Assembly: GCA_030141605.1 (NCBI GenBank)
Contig: JAQGDQ010000157.1
Span: 127,537-191,536 of the forward strand
DNA from: Tubiluchus corallicola
Lineage: Eukaryota; Animalia; Priapulida
Length of the DNA stretch: 64,000 bases
Direction: 5' to 3'
Position 1 is the first letter of the stretch. Each line of letters begins with the position of its first letter. Below are positions 26,831 to 40,400 of the stretch, piece after piece. The notes under the pieces were generated by a model. The model did no database searches, had not been told where the DNA came from, and saw only the letters and a list, made by a program, of their open reading frames with translations. A program made the position numbers and the translations under genes.

Positions 26831-27290
26831 AACGAATATACTACAACCCTTATGGCTTTTGGCGTTTCTTTTGTGCAACATCTCACAAACAGTCCTGATT
26901 TCTTAAAATTTTATAGATTTTTTGTGATTTAGGACTAAGCTGGCTAGCATAAAATGTGCTGTTCTGTCCGTCCAGTCATAGTGGCACGAAAGTAAATGAT
27001 CATTCGTCGTGTGATTATTGATCACTGTTTATTTTATAACCAAAGAGTTCAGTATTGATAATTTAAAGCTCAAAATTAAAGCATAATGGCTTCTGATACT
27101 TCGTCAATAATTTTAATAGATGGCAACACTTGTTTAATATGACGTCTTAAGTAAACCTTGTAACTCTAAGCAAAGGACTGATGACAACAAAAATCAAAAC
27201 AGCAGTATCGCTCTATGAACAGAGTGCATTATCTATTGTGTTGTACTTTAATAATATCTGAGTTTCTCAAGATGAATGTTTTCGTTTCAG

Positions 27291-27741
27291 GTCTCTAGAT
27301 CGTCTGATGTTCTCGAACATTCTGGGATTCATTCTCAATGTTCCCACTGACCTACGTTGGGGTTTTCTACGTCTGCCGGTGCGCCGTAAGCATTGGATTT
27401 CAATACGAAAAATCGGCCTCCTCTTTTACAACTTGGATTCCAAGTTGGACCTACCGGAGGTAATAGGAGGAGAAGAAAATTTGCAAGAGTACCTCCGGGA
27501 GGTGCTCGTATGCAAGGATACGGAGCTCATTCTTGTCGTTGTTGGGGATCCGAAGAAAATCTGGAAAGCGCCTGATCCGGACGCTGTTGTGGTGTCTCCT
27601 GCAAAGACGGGCAAGAAGCCCAAGGTCAGGTCAAGGTCGCTTAATAGAGAGGCTGGAGCAAAACGAACAGGACCGAGAACAATGAGCAGCGGAAGAGAAG
27701 GTTGCTCTCATCGGACCCCCACCAAGTCACCTCTTCGCTGA
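27291..27741 (+). CDS. JOSD1: Josephin-domain deubiquitinase (JOSD1/2-like), last coding exon
   Basis: Acceptor ttcgtttcag|G. Encodes (R)SLDRLMFSNILGFILNVP..RKHWISIRKIG..YNLDSKL..ELILVV, with the catalytic His (KHW) and Asp (NLDS) of the Josephin fold. Stop TGA at 27739-27741. Confidence 0.93.
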
Positions 27742-28033
27742 CTGCAACTAAAAGTACCATCGTATTGTCATGTGAATGCACTATGAAGACAGACAGACGT
27801 GGGGATTAGTCTGAATGCACCTCTATGACGGAGTAAGTGTGAAAGCACCCTAAATCTACATTAAGCGTAAATATTCAATATTGTATAACAGCTGAACTTC
27901 TTTGATGACAAATACACAACAAAGGCGAACTTACTGTATTCTGTACTGTTACAGCCTATACAACTTTTTATTAAAAGTCGTCTTTTGGGTGAACAATTAA
28001 CATTAGCTGAAAGAGCTATTATCACCGACTGTA

Positions 28034-28039
28034 AATAAA
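28034..28039 (+). promoter_or_regulatory. Candidate polyadenylation signal of JOSD gene
   Basis: AATAAA ~290 nt after the stop codon; ATTAAA also present near 27970. Confidence 0.45.
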
Positions 28040-28084
28040 TAACTACAACTACATAACAAAGACTGTTATTACCTCACTTTTACC

Positions 28085-28215
28085 CTAAATACCACGCGCC
28101 AGGTAGTTCAATGGCGGTCCATTTTTAAAGTTTTTGGTATGACCTGGCTGCTGTATCGACCTCACGACCTCCCAGACCTAAAGCGAGTGCGTTACCGCAA
28201 GGCTAAACCATCTGG
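28085..28215 (-). mobile_element. tRNA-derived SINE head
   Basis: GGTTTAGCCTTGCGGTAACGC (A-box-like) ..GAGGTCGATAC (B-box-like) ..GGTCATACCAAAAACTTTAAAAATGG. Related copy at 62441-62570. Confidence 0.65.
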
Positions 28216-29044
28216 TCATGAAATATTTTTATCAGATAATCTGGAAGTGACGTCGTTCGCGAATAATGCAAAATTGTGCTTGGTAATTTACTGATTGCTG
28301 CACTGCACTGCGCTACAATGCCTTATGACAGAGCAAGTGCAGTGTTGTGAATGGGTCGCTGGGTCTTGGGTAGGTATTGTGTAATGGGTCACTTGGATGT
28401 GAGTGTAAGGAAGGAAGGACCCAAATTTGAATTGTGTATAAATGGTGTCTAGTTTGAGGTCATTTTTTTGAAAAAAGTTGTATTTATCAAAGATTGGTTT
28501 TTACTACATTGAAACTTTTAATGATATTTTCAGGGCTAATCTTAGCTGCCTTGTAGGAATTACCATACTACTGATAAATTTTAAGCATTTACAAATACAA
28601 ATATTTGATCACAAGCTGGAATAATATTTGAGTCATTATCTTGGAGTATCGTGGGTCTGGACCATAATGTGCCCACGAGTCACACCAAGAAGCCCCCAGG
28701 TTAAATTGATACCTATTTCGGTGCAATGTTTGAAATGGATTTCCATATAAAAGTATGAACTTAAAAATTATGGCTATTTTGGTATTTCTAATTAGAATTT
28801 CAATATTATGCTTTACGTGGAAACGTTACAAGTTAAAGTTATTTTCGTGTAATCTTGTAAATATGTATAAGCGTACTTACAATGTAAATCTTATAAACAG
28901 TAACCTCATACTCTGCCATGGTGCTATTGTGTAAACTAATTATATGGGCATATAAAAATATTTAATGTGATCAGAGATACCTATTATTAAAGTTTTAAAA
29001 ATTACTTAGAATCTAACTAATGTCATGTGATTTTTGTACTTTCC

Positions 29045-29405
29045 TCTTTACTTGTGCACATCTTTTACGTTACTTATGTGCAGCTTTCACATTACTAATG
29101 TGCATCTTTCACATTACTTATATGCATCTTTTACATTACTTATGTGCATCATTCACATTACTTACGTACATTTTTAACATTAGTTATGTGCATCATTCAC
29201 ATTACTTCTATGCATCTTTCATATTACTTGCATACACCTTTCACATTACTCATGTGCGTCTTTCACATTATTTATGTGCATCTTTAACATTACTCATGTG
29301 CATCTTCCATATTATTTATGTCCATCTTTAACATTACTCATGTGCATCTTTCACATTACTCGTGTGCATCTTTTACATTACTCCTGTGCATCTTTTACAT
29401 TACTT
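29045..29405. repeat. 22-bp minisatellite, ~16 copies
   Basis: Unit tttcacattacttatgtgcatc. Confidence 0.93.
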
Positions 29406-31084
29406 ATAAATTTTTCATAAATCTGTGCGTATTGCATTTCGACCGATTTCAAATTTTTAAAATTAGTCTGCATTCCCATATTCGCTGGTAGGGTTCTACT
29501 CACATTTTATTAGTCTATGTAGTTAGTCAGACTACTTATTTCCTGGCAAAACGTGTTTTCAATGACTAGATGTCCTGTTGTATGCACGTCCTTTGTGCAT
29601 AAGCATATATACTTAAATCCTTCCTTCCTGATGGCTAGCTAAGTTGCGGTTCTGTCGCCTATTACTATTGTAACAATTACTGTTCATTACTAGTCAGCCT
29701 AGTATGCACTGCAAGGCTTTAAATGAATTTTAGAAACGAATTAATGTCAAAATTATCGCACAAATCTAATTATTAACACTAAAAATTACAAAAATTTGTC
29801 AAGCTCGGTTGCTCCATTTCTTCACGAAGAAGTTGGTTTACGAAATTCTTATATTGATAAAAACGTTGAAAATCTGTTGCTACTTAAAACAGCAATAACT
29901 ATAAAATTTAATATTATAGTGAGGATGATTGTTTATGTTTCAAATAAACAAACATTCTTTACGTCACGTAATTCAGTTGAAATAATGTTTTTCTCGTCCA
30001 GATTACTGATTGTTGTACTTTTCATTAAAAGTCAAATTCGTTGTAGTTTGAAAGAAACCCGCTTTAGTAGCAGGTGTTTTGCTGCCCAAGGCTGATGAAG
30101 CCAACGGTAGTTCTCAGGGGTGAGATTGCCATGTGATAAATGATGCAATTTCCTTCGTGGCGACGATTTCCACAAAGTTTGCACTTAAAAAGCGGCAGCT
30201 TAATGCTTTGTAGAATGACAAACAGGTTATTGCACATTGAAAACAATAATCGTATTTTTACCACAATTTAAAAGTTTTGAACTGAACCGGATTTTAGAAG
30301 CATTAAAGCATTTTCATACTGTTTGAATTTCAACCTCGATTTAAATCATCAATTTGTTTTAGGCCGTGAGTTTTTACAAGTGTGAACAGATTAGAGGTTT
30401 ATCTGAATGTGTGAACCGAGCTCTAAAATCAGAGTGCAGCTGGCGTAGTTTCTGTAGTCTTAATCAGAAACATTTTCATATAACTCTAATCGAATGATAT
30501 GTGATTCAGATATACATATGTTTAATTGCATAATATTGATACTTTTGTAAAACTATGCTGTATTGTTATCGCTTATAAAATATAAGATATTTTGGCACTA
30601 AGTATATTTAAATTAACATTTCCTAATATAATATTTGTTTGGCAAAGTATAAACGTGAGTGTTTTTCTCTTTGTACCATTTATTTCTATTTGACAGTGAA
30701 GAAAATTTAACATTAAAAGAAGACAGGATGATTTTTCATATACTACCCCATTTTCAAATTCAATAAAAAGTACACATTTTAACACCAATAACACTGTAAA
30801 ATTCGATTCAATTCAATTCAATGATTTTTTGTTAGGCTGATTTGCATCACAAAACATTGCAACTATATAGATAATGATAATAACAATACGATAATGAAAA
30901 CAGGTACAGTTTGGAAATTGTACAAATTATAAATGTAACAGAGTTTCTGATAATTAAATAATATATTAAAATCATAATTAACGACGGCCGAGTCCAACTA
31001 TTGATGACATCACAAACGAACGTAATTTTCAACATCAAAAAACATTCCATGAGCGTGTTGCAAGTCTTTGCGAAAGCGAAAATT

Positions 31085-31465
31085 GAAGTACAGTACTACT
31101 GTAAGAGATTTATTGTAAGAAAACTCGGCAAATTTTAAGATAAAAATTCGAATTTCAAATTTACCGCTGTCGAACGTGTGCAGTTCGTCACAAACTAACC
31201 TTTCTGAACTGGTAGGTTCAGCACCTGTTTTGGTGCAATGCGTTTCCGAAGACACGCCTGCTAGTGCCTATCTATCTAATTAGCGAATGGTGAAATGCAT
31301 GTAACAGCGAAGAACTAGTGGAGCAAAACTGCGGAGCGAACGTGAAATTGCGTTTGTGTAGTAGTAATTGTTTTATGCAAGTCATTCTTGACTTATGTTT
31401 CCTTTCAACATTTTAAAAAATATGATGTTTTGACCTACAGTTTAACATCGGGCCCGGTTTTGCTT
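31085..31465 (+). mobile_element. Dispersed repeat family B copy
   Basis: Matches 6190-6585; directly followed by a family A fragment. Confidence 0.8.
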
Positions 31466-31477
31466 TGGACACTCACT

Positions 31478-31785
31478 GACACGTCACGTAACATTTGGGT
31501 AAAGCAAAGCCGACTGCTGCAGCAGTTCAGTAACTTCAGTTCTTTACGTGGAATTTACTTAATTTCCATTAGTCAGTGCTTAGAGTGATTTACTAGTAGG
31601 ATCTTGTTTGGAACAAGAAAAATGGACTATGTAAGGTTCTAGCTAGCTGTTAGAACTGTTAGTATTACAACAGCATGGACTGCGAGGCGTTGTCAAGTTT
31701 ATTCAAATGAGTTGTCTGGTACATTTAACCTTTGACTTTTTAACGATTATCATAAAAAATCGCCGGAACTGTGAAAAGGCTTATT
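31478..31785 (+). mobile_element. MITE family A copy, 5'-truncated
   Basis: Ends GAACTGTGAAAAGGCTTATT. Confidence 0.85.
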
Positions 31786-31981
31786 AAAACCTTAGCACAA
31801 ATCTCCAGTAAATTATGATTAAAATTGTCCGGCGACTTTTACCATTTTCAATCTCACATCATACAATCTCTTCCTGTGACTGCAAAAGCCATACCATGTT
31901 ATCAATATACTTCACTGCCCTCACAGGCCGCTAATAAGAGGTAAGAACTATGGCAAATAATCAAAGGTACTGCAACAATAT

Positions 31982-32388
31982 AATAAGCCTTTTCGCAGTT
32001 GCAGCGATTGATGATGATCATCAAAAGGTCATCGGTTAAGTGTACCTGACAACGCATTTGTGTACACTTGACAACGCTTCGCAGTCCGAGCTATTGTAAT
32101 ACTCGCTAGAATAAACCTAGCTAGAACCTTACCTAGTTCTTTATTTCTTGTTCCCGAGCAAGATCCTGCCAGTAAATCACTCTACACGCAGACGTAAAGT
32201 CCATACATTAAAGCATAATTAAGTAAAGTCCGCGTAAAACAACTGAAGTTCTGAACTGATGCTACAGACGGCTTTGGTTTACAAACACGTCACGCGAGGT
32301 TATAGCTAAGACGCGTTACTGTGGTACAATGAACCTTAGACCTGCAGCAAATGTGCATGCGTACAGCGAAACTGTGAAAAGGTTTAAT
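31982..32388 (-). mobile_element. MITE family A, full-length copy
   Basis: AATAAGCCTTTTCGCAG..CTGTGAAAAGGTTTAAT. Confidence 0.9.
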
Positions 32389-32738
32389 AGATTATTTAAA
32401 AAAGTGAAAACAGTAACAACACTTACAGTGTATTGGAGTTGGAAGTACATTTATTAAATAACCTTGGTAAATTTACAAAAGTGACGGATCACAAGAAAAC
32501 ATACATAGAAAAACAACGTTCATATCAGCTAAGGATGTAAATAGAGTTTAGAATTGCAAATTTGAAAATTGTGAGGGAAAGTACCAGGTACTGGTGAGAT
32601 CATTTTCCATGCAATAAGAATTTATTTGGCCACGAAATAAAGCGAAAATAAATTGCAATAAAATCGTGACAGTTAGTTATAACATAATGGCAACAATGCG
32701 TCCTTATGAAAAGACTTCAACATGGTCAAATCATCTAA

Positions 32739-33066
32739 TGCTGCGTTCACACAAGCGAGTTTTTTGTCGTGAGTTTTCTCTCTGACAACAAACTCGCAAC
32801 TATGGACTGCTTTGCGAGTTACTCTCGGCAAAAAATTGGAAACTCTCTGACAGATGCTGTAGTTGATTTCCTGCGAGTTACTTTCCAGTGTGAAAGTCTC
32901 GGCGAGTTACTCTCGAGACTTTTCACAGTGAATAGAGACTTGGGTGTCAATTCGCGCTTACTGTCAGACGGACCAGAAAGAGTAACTCGTAGTAAGTTTT
33001 GCTATCTAATCTGAGCACGCGTGCGAGTAACTTGGCGAGAAAACTCGCTAGTCTGAACGTGCAGCT
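32739..33066. mobile_element. PIF/Harbinger-like MITE
   Basis: TIR GCTGCGTTCACACAAGCGAGTTTT / AAAACTCGCTAGTCTGAACGTGCAGC; internal repeats of gcgagttactc. Confidence 0.7.
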
Positions 33067-33225
33067 AGCTCACCAATGAACTTGACAGCATAACTGTCAT
33101 AAAAACAATTAATTTCGTCTCATCAGCGATTAGAAGCGTTCAAAACATTTATCGTTAATTTTAATCCTACAACTCTGCATTGAAAGTCAGTATAAATTCA
33201 TCCTAGTAAATTAACAAATTTTCAT

Positions 33226-33526
33226 TTGACAACGCTTCGCTGTCCGAGCTATTGTAATACAGTAGTAACAATTTTAACAGCTAGCTAGAACCTTACCTAG
33301 TTCACTTTTTCATATTTCCAAGCAAGATCCTGCTAGTAAATCACTCTAATGCATAATTAAGTAGTCTATTAAAACAACTGACATTACTGAATTAATGCGG
33401 TAGACGTTACTGAATTAATTGCTTGACCCACACGTTACATGACTGTTGTAAGACGCATTGCTGTACACTTAACCTTTGACACACAGCAATTGCGCATGCG
33501 CATAGCCAAACCGTGAAAAGGATTAT
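33226..33526 (-). mobile_element. MITE family A partial copy
   Basis: Contains ctagctagaaccttacctagttc..gcaagatcctgctagtaaatcac core. Confidence 0.85.
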
Positions 33527-34153
33527 GTGTTTCAGATGAGCTAAATACCTCATTGGGAAAGTTTCCGCACAAGGACTGATTTGATTCACATGATTTTTGC
33601 ACACGCAATGACCTATCAAAAAATTTCCAGATTACATTATTACAGGTTGGCAGCACTCTGACATCTATTAATGAAAAATGAACAGAGAGCATTAGTTAAG
33701 CTTCCATGAAATGATAATCATCAGCTGGTGCAAGATTACCAGGGTATGGTTTGTAGCAAATTACAAATGTGCAATTCTGGAAGCAATTTATAGACTATTA
33801 GAAACCAGGAAATGGGCTCTGCGACATTTACACAAAAATAACAAACTTTTGAGCAAGAATGTCAACTTTGCTTTTTTTCAAACATACAAATATACATGTT
33901 TTTGTCTCAGATAAAATATTGAATTGGTGTCACTCATTATAAGAAAAAATTCAAGGAATTCTCTGATTTGATTCTCTCTGCAATCAGATAATAGTCAAAA
34001 ATGTTTGGCGGACCTATCAATAATTTAGTTGAAGGATGATAGCATCATCAGATCCGATTGGTACATCGATAGGTGACCACAAGTGAGATTGTAATTGAGT
34101 GACGTTTGCAGAATTAGGGAAATTAATCATCATTGAAACCAGTCAGGTCAGTT

Positions 34154-34563
34154 AATAAGCCTTTTTCACAGTTCCAGTGACTGATGGTAATCATGAAAAG
34201 GTCAAATGTTAAGTGTACCAGACAACTCATTTGCGTACAGTTGACAACACCTCGCAGCCCATGCTGTTGTAATAGTAATAGTTTTGACATGTTTTAACAT
34301 TTTAACAGTTAGCTAGAACCTTACCTAATTGATTTCTTGTTCCCAAGCAAGATCCTGCTAGTAAATCACTCTATGCACAGCCTAAAGCATAATTAAGTAA
34401 AGTCCACCTAAAACAATTGAAGTTACTGAACTGACGTGGCAGACAGCTTTGCTTTACCCACATGTCACATGGTGGTTGTAGTTAAGACGCGTTGCTGTGG
34501 TACACTTAACCTTTGACCTACAGCGACTGCACGTGCACACAACGAAACTGTGAAAAGGCTTAT
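34154..34563 (-). mobile_element. MITE family A, full-length copy
   Basis: Both termini intact. Confidence 0.92.
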
Positions 34564-37366
34564 GACCTGAATTAAAAAAAACTTAGTTTGACCTGAATTA
34601 ATACAAACTGTGAACAACATGACTGTTGCTCATTTTTTTCCAGCAAATGAAGAAAATGTCTTGAATTTAATTCATATTATGAACACTTTCAGCCAAACAT
34701 GCCTACAAAAATGCACACAGACTGTTGCTGGTTAATTATTAAATACTTTATACCTACAGATGAGAGATCCATAATTAATTAAACTGCTAACACGTTAAGC
34801 TCTATTTCATGCAATATTTAGTACACGAACACACAGTGGTTAATTACAAAAATTATGCTACAATCATTAACACCAACGTACAGATCACGTAGTGACGGTA
34901 AATAACACTCAACAACTACAACAACTGCAAATGTGCCATCAAAAATGCACAAAGTAATCAAGAGTTCGATTAAAACAATTAAATGCAATATGAAAATTCT
35001 GGCAGTGGTAGTGGTAACACTGATTAAATGACAATGCCAAAAGCTGTCTCAAACGGGAGACGGCAGACTTGAACATTTTTATGGAATTCAAGTGTGCAAG
35101 TGTTAGCAAACTTTAGAATTATCAATCAGTTTCAATTAAAAAAAAGTTAATTGGCTGCATGACTTTTGTTAAATTTAAACAGCCGTCATTGATTCGAATT
35201 TACAACAAATACTTCTGTTTCATGTGATAATTTTGCACTGTGACATGAACTTCACATTACACAATGTTTCATAGTGCAACTTCTAAAAAAACTTCGAGTC
35301 TCAATTCATATCAACTAGCAAGCCAAACAGAAACTGCCTGACAGCGATTAGGCTAGGGAAATTACACCAGCGTTTTAGAAAGTTAATTAAGTTTACCAGA
35401 GAAGTTGCTAAATGCTAATTTATGCATGAGCATAAATTAACAATTCAGCAGAGTTGGTTAACACTTCAAAAACGGATTAGACGAACCAGCAAATAAAACG
35501 GTTCGTAAAGTGTCGGTTAAGAAAATTGTTTCTAACAAAATGCTAACTTGCTGCTTGTAATTCATAATTTACTGAGAAAATTTACATGCATAATTAGTGA
35601 GTTCATTAAAGCTAAACGAATTTTGCAGCCTGCTGAATTTACCTAAATATTTCATTAAAACATTTCCTGTACCAACAAATTAATTAATTTTGGGCTAAAT
35701 TCATTAGTGCGAGATATTATTGAACACCACACAGGTCAACAAGACATGATTTAAATGGCAAAAAGATAAAAAGATATTAAATGAACTACACTGGCAAAAA
35801 ACTGAGGGAATTTATACTTAACTCCTTCAAGACCACACCATTCATAATAGGTCTTATAAGACCTATGACTTTTCTATTACTGTATGAACACATACATAAC
35901 TAAATGATTTCAAATTAGGTACTGTTCTATTCAGGAGAATCTCGGTTATCCAATCATGCTATTTGTTTGAGCACTTATAAACGATTTAATTGGATAAAAT
36001 TAAGAAAAACAAGCCCTTTTCAGGCACTCCAACTTAGCCTATTGGGTAGTTTAGTCTGGTGTACACTTGTGCGGTTGTACACACTATTTTATTGCTGCAG
36101 CCCAAGAGAGCAGTCTGCTGTACAGAGTTCCAGGAAAAACCAACTGATCACCCAAGGAGAAATTAAGGTCTTTTCATCTTTTAACAGGAATTTCTCCTTA
36201 AAAATGCAGAAGACTTGAGGCTAAAGAGAATCAAAGTGTTGTGTCTGGACAGTGAAAATTTCCTGCATTAGCCAATTTCACACAAGTGATACTACATTGT
36301 TACAGTGCACAATCTGCAATTACTGAAAGCTTCTTTCAATTTTTTCGACAAAATTTATTTTAAATTTGTCTAAGGTAAGCAAATGCATTTTATATATAAT
36401 TTTGGATGAAAATGCATTGGGTGAGTAAAAACCTACAATTATAATGTAATCGCTGCTTGGTGAGAGCAGTTTTTCGTGAACCCATGCAAAATATAGCAAA
36501 TGCTTATGGTCCTGAAGAAGTTAAACTTCTTTCTATATGTAGGTATTAAACAACTGTATAAAGAGATGGGATGGATGGTACATTTGGGACATTTAGATCT
36601 TATAACTCCTTGCCTATTAATGCAAGACAGAAACCATCTGCTTTACAAAAAAATGAATTGTAGCATCAGCTCTGAGCATGATTGTTCTATGGTAGTGCTA
36701 TGTTACGGAAATGTGTTAGGTCTATACAATACACACTATCTACACATTATCTACGTCAAACACTATACAATTTGTACACTCTTTAGTCTTTCGCAGACAG
36801 TCTCGTTCTTTTAGGTTTCCGAGCAGTTTGAAAGTGTAAAACACTTCAAAGAGTTGGCCATAATCGATGTAACCAAAAACATAGTCATTTTGATATCAAT
36901 CATTTGTACTTGTTTTCACACTTTCCAATGCCTGCCTCCTGTATCATTCAATCTGGTATGCATAATTTGCAGTTCAGTCGTTAACATTAGACACAATCAG
37001 TCATTATGCACTAACTGAGCTATCCCACAATTTCCGCACTTCTTCAGCTTCATCAATTAACATCTTTCGTCCATCTTTAAAAACATCTGCTTTGCTGTAA
37101 TTGTCTGATCAATTCTTACCAATAAGAAATGTTGTTTTCCAATAAGTAATAAATAAAATTTGTGGTCATTTGGTCTAAACTACACTCAGTTTATGCCAAT
37201 TACATAGCAACCTGGTGTAGACTATTCACAATTTATACACAGTAAACATTTGTTCTGAGCATTTGCATTCTGCACGGTAAATGACCCAGTTTAGATCAGC
37301 AAGCATTTACACACACGCGCGACTGCAATGCACAAAGCTCAACCTTGACAATACGGTCTATATCAT

Positions 37367-37428
37367 TCACATGCCGCTGTACGGTTTGTGCGGGTATTGA
37401 CCGGATGGCGGCGTATCCTGAGGATGTC
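37367..37428 (-). CDS. UBN1: Ubinuclein last coding exon
   Basis: tttctttag|GA, then [19 protein letters not shown]; phase 1 fits. Confidence 0.78.
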
Positions 37429-40400
37429 CTAAAGAAAAACACAAGAACATCAAACAGAAAACTCTAACAATAGAAAAAATGTGATGTAACACATGGTTAA
37501 AAATTCTAAAAAAATTTTTAGTTTTCTTTAGTCTCGTTACAGCAAATGGTGATCAGGCACAGTCCGTATTAGAGCATTGACACTGCCCACTCAAGCTACT
37601 CAACTACGGTTTTAAAATGATACACGTATAATACACAATCCACATATATTCAATCATATTCATTGATATTTCTAAAGAAAACTACAGTAATCTCTACATA
37701 GCTTAAATTCAACCGGACTGAAAAAAACTTTGAGTTGGCGATTTTGAGTTACGCGGAGTTTACTGTATAAGGTTTTCAGAAGAATGTCTGATGTCTTCCA
37801 CTTGCTCCACTCTTAAATAAAGTTTCCAGTCGGATAAGAAAAAAATGGCTAGACAATTGTCAACAGTATAAGATTACAGTTGACCCAACTTTAGTTGCAC
37901 ACGTGTCAGCACTTTTGACCAGACAAATAACTACAAACAGTTTGGTCGATATCCCACATTTACAGTTTGCAGTGTTAAAACTATTAGATGATGGGAGCAA
38001 ATTCAAATTTGTTGAAGATATGATACGGCTGTAAAAAACACAAAGATTGGTTGAGCTATTAGGAGTGAATCGCTACTTGTCTTCTTCACATCTGGATAAA
38101 TGGTCTAAGGGTCTAAAACAACAAGTTTGTAACCAAAAGGTCCCTGGTTCAAATACCACTTCATTTCATATTTTCACATTTGTTTATTTTGACTATTAGG
38201 ATTAAGAAAAATGATAATTTTTTGGGATTTATACCTCGAGGTAGCTGAGAGAACAAGTTCTGCACGTCAGCCGTGTGCCGAGAAAGAGCAGCCGCCATGC
38301 TTGAGCTCATATCCACAGAGGAGCTACGAGAGTCGCTCGACGTTCGCGTAGAGGGAGGGTACGGCATCAAAGGGTGTGGAATCCCGGTGTCGACGGGGTA
38401 CTGAGCACTGCCCTCTAACATGCCCTGAATCTGTACAGCGGGTAAAAATATACGCTTACGATTATATGCAGTGAAAAGAACCTTATCATCTCAAATAACT
38501 TTTATCAAAAATACATTTATTGTTTTACAAAAATGTATGTGATAAAGAAAATAAAATTAATGAGAAAGGAAAACCGTCCAGAATAACTATTTAGTATTGA
38601 TCATTATAATGGCTACTGTATTTGTGGAAGGTGATGTTAATTAGGTGCAGTTTCATGCCATTTCATATTTCAAATATACATGTAATCGCTGTTCAGTGGG
38701 AGCAAACGCTACATTCCTGAAGGAGTTAACTGTGCACCCACCGACATTCACAATGCAATTGGCCAATTTTCAATTTATAAAAATTAATATTTATACACCA
38801 ATATAGTAAACATTGCAAAAAAGGAATCAGCAACTAGATACAGAGGTACAGCAATATATTCTTCAAGCATTTTATAGCACGAATCAAGTTCTACATGGAA
38901 CCTATTAAAAAGTGTACCTGGTACACACCTCCAACACACCTGAAAGAAAAGCTCATCGTACCTGAGAAAGAAGGTGATCGCTGATTGTTGGCATACTGCT
39001 GCCAAGTAAAGATCGTCCGGAAGACAGGCCAGCCATACTCATTAGATGTTGTTGCTGTTGCTGCTGCTGTGAACTCGAGCGGGAATAGGATCCACCAGGA
39101 GTAGCTAACGATGTCCCGGTATAGTCGGCTAACGAACTTAATAATGATACACGATTAATTAGACATTTTAAATATGATTACCAACAATGCCAGTGTTAAT
39201 TATAGCACATTAACATTATAACTGATTATTTATTATTATTATTATTATTATTATTTAATTATATATAATAATATGTACTGTACTTTTTCTCTTTTAATCA
39301 ATTTATGTTCATTTTATCAACTGAATTTAAACCTCAAAACTTTTAAACTTTTCAATAATTTTTTTGCATAATTTTGTAACTGCATGTATAGTTTGTACAG
39401 TTTTAATTTCTATTTCATATTTTTCATGTTTATTTATATTCTGTATTGAGTGGTGTGCTGCTTCAGAAAATTTTTGGCCATTGTTTTAATACTATTTAAA
39501 ACGACACAAAAATATGTAATTTTAATGTTGTAATTTGTAATTGTAATTTTAAAAAAACATACACACAACGAATACAGCATTAAGCTTTTTAGCAAAATTA
39601 GTGGTTATCTTCCTCATAAAAACAGTAAATTAAACAACAAAAATCGCATAGACGGGCACACCATTAGGTATTCAAAGTTGGAGGAAATTAACATTGCTGG
39701 TGAGATAGAATTAGGCTTCTAATTCCATGACAGCACTCAAGCGCCTCCCAGAGGAATTTTGTGCAGTCATTTTTTGAAGGTGTTATGAAAAGTTGTGAAG
39801 TTTGAGTGAGACAGCTTATTGCTAGAAAAGGGGTGTCACCTTCGCAGCTTCATAGTTACAAACACCAGTTATATGGTATTAGTTGTGTGTTTGCATAGCA
39901 AAATCGTCCGTAAGCCGGCAATTAAGCTTTTCTAATTATTCGCATCTTCATTTCATGAGGATCATTTTGATACCAAGCTCATCGTTCTATGTTATTTCTA
40001 AACTGAGATAATCTACATTGAAGTTGAGGTACAGGCTACACATTGAAAAACATAATCTTGAGATTATTGCTGATAAAGTTAGCCATTGTTTTTTCTCGCG
40101 TTTCTACAAAACACTTAGCAACTGCACAAATGTGGGTTGCTACGGACTTTGCAAGAACACATTGGTGTTATGTGTAATGCCATTAGACGGCTCTTCCTGA
40201 CGAAGATCTGGTCTTAGCAACAGAAAAAACACAAAGCAAAATGATTGCTTGGATGAACTACTATCAGAGTTTTAAAATACGAGTTCTTAACAATTGCATT
40301 GCTAGTTTCTAGCCTTAAAAGTATGGGGTTATAAAATTAGATTTTTGTATTTTTTGAACACTTTCTTGATGATTTAATGCTAGAATATAAAAGTCATATT

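Noticed and set aside
28085-28215. Functional tRNA genes (also 38095-38162, 62441-62570)
   Set aside because: A/B-box-like heads without a full cloverleaf, running into shared non-tRNA bodies; treated as SINE remnants.
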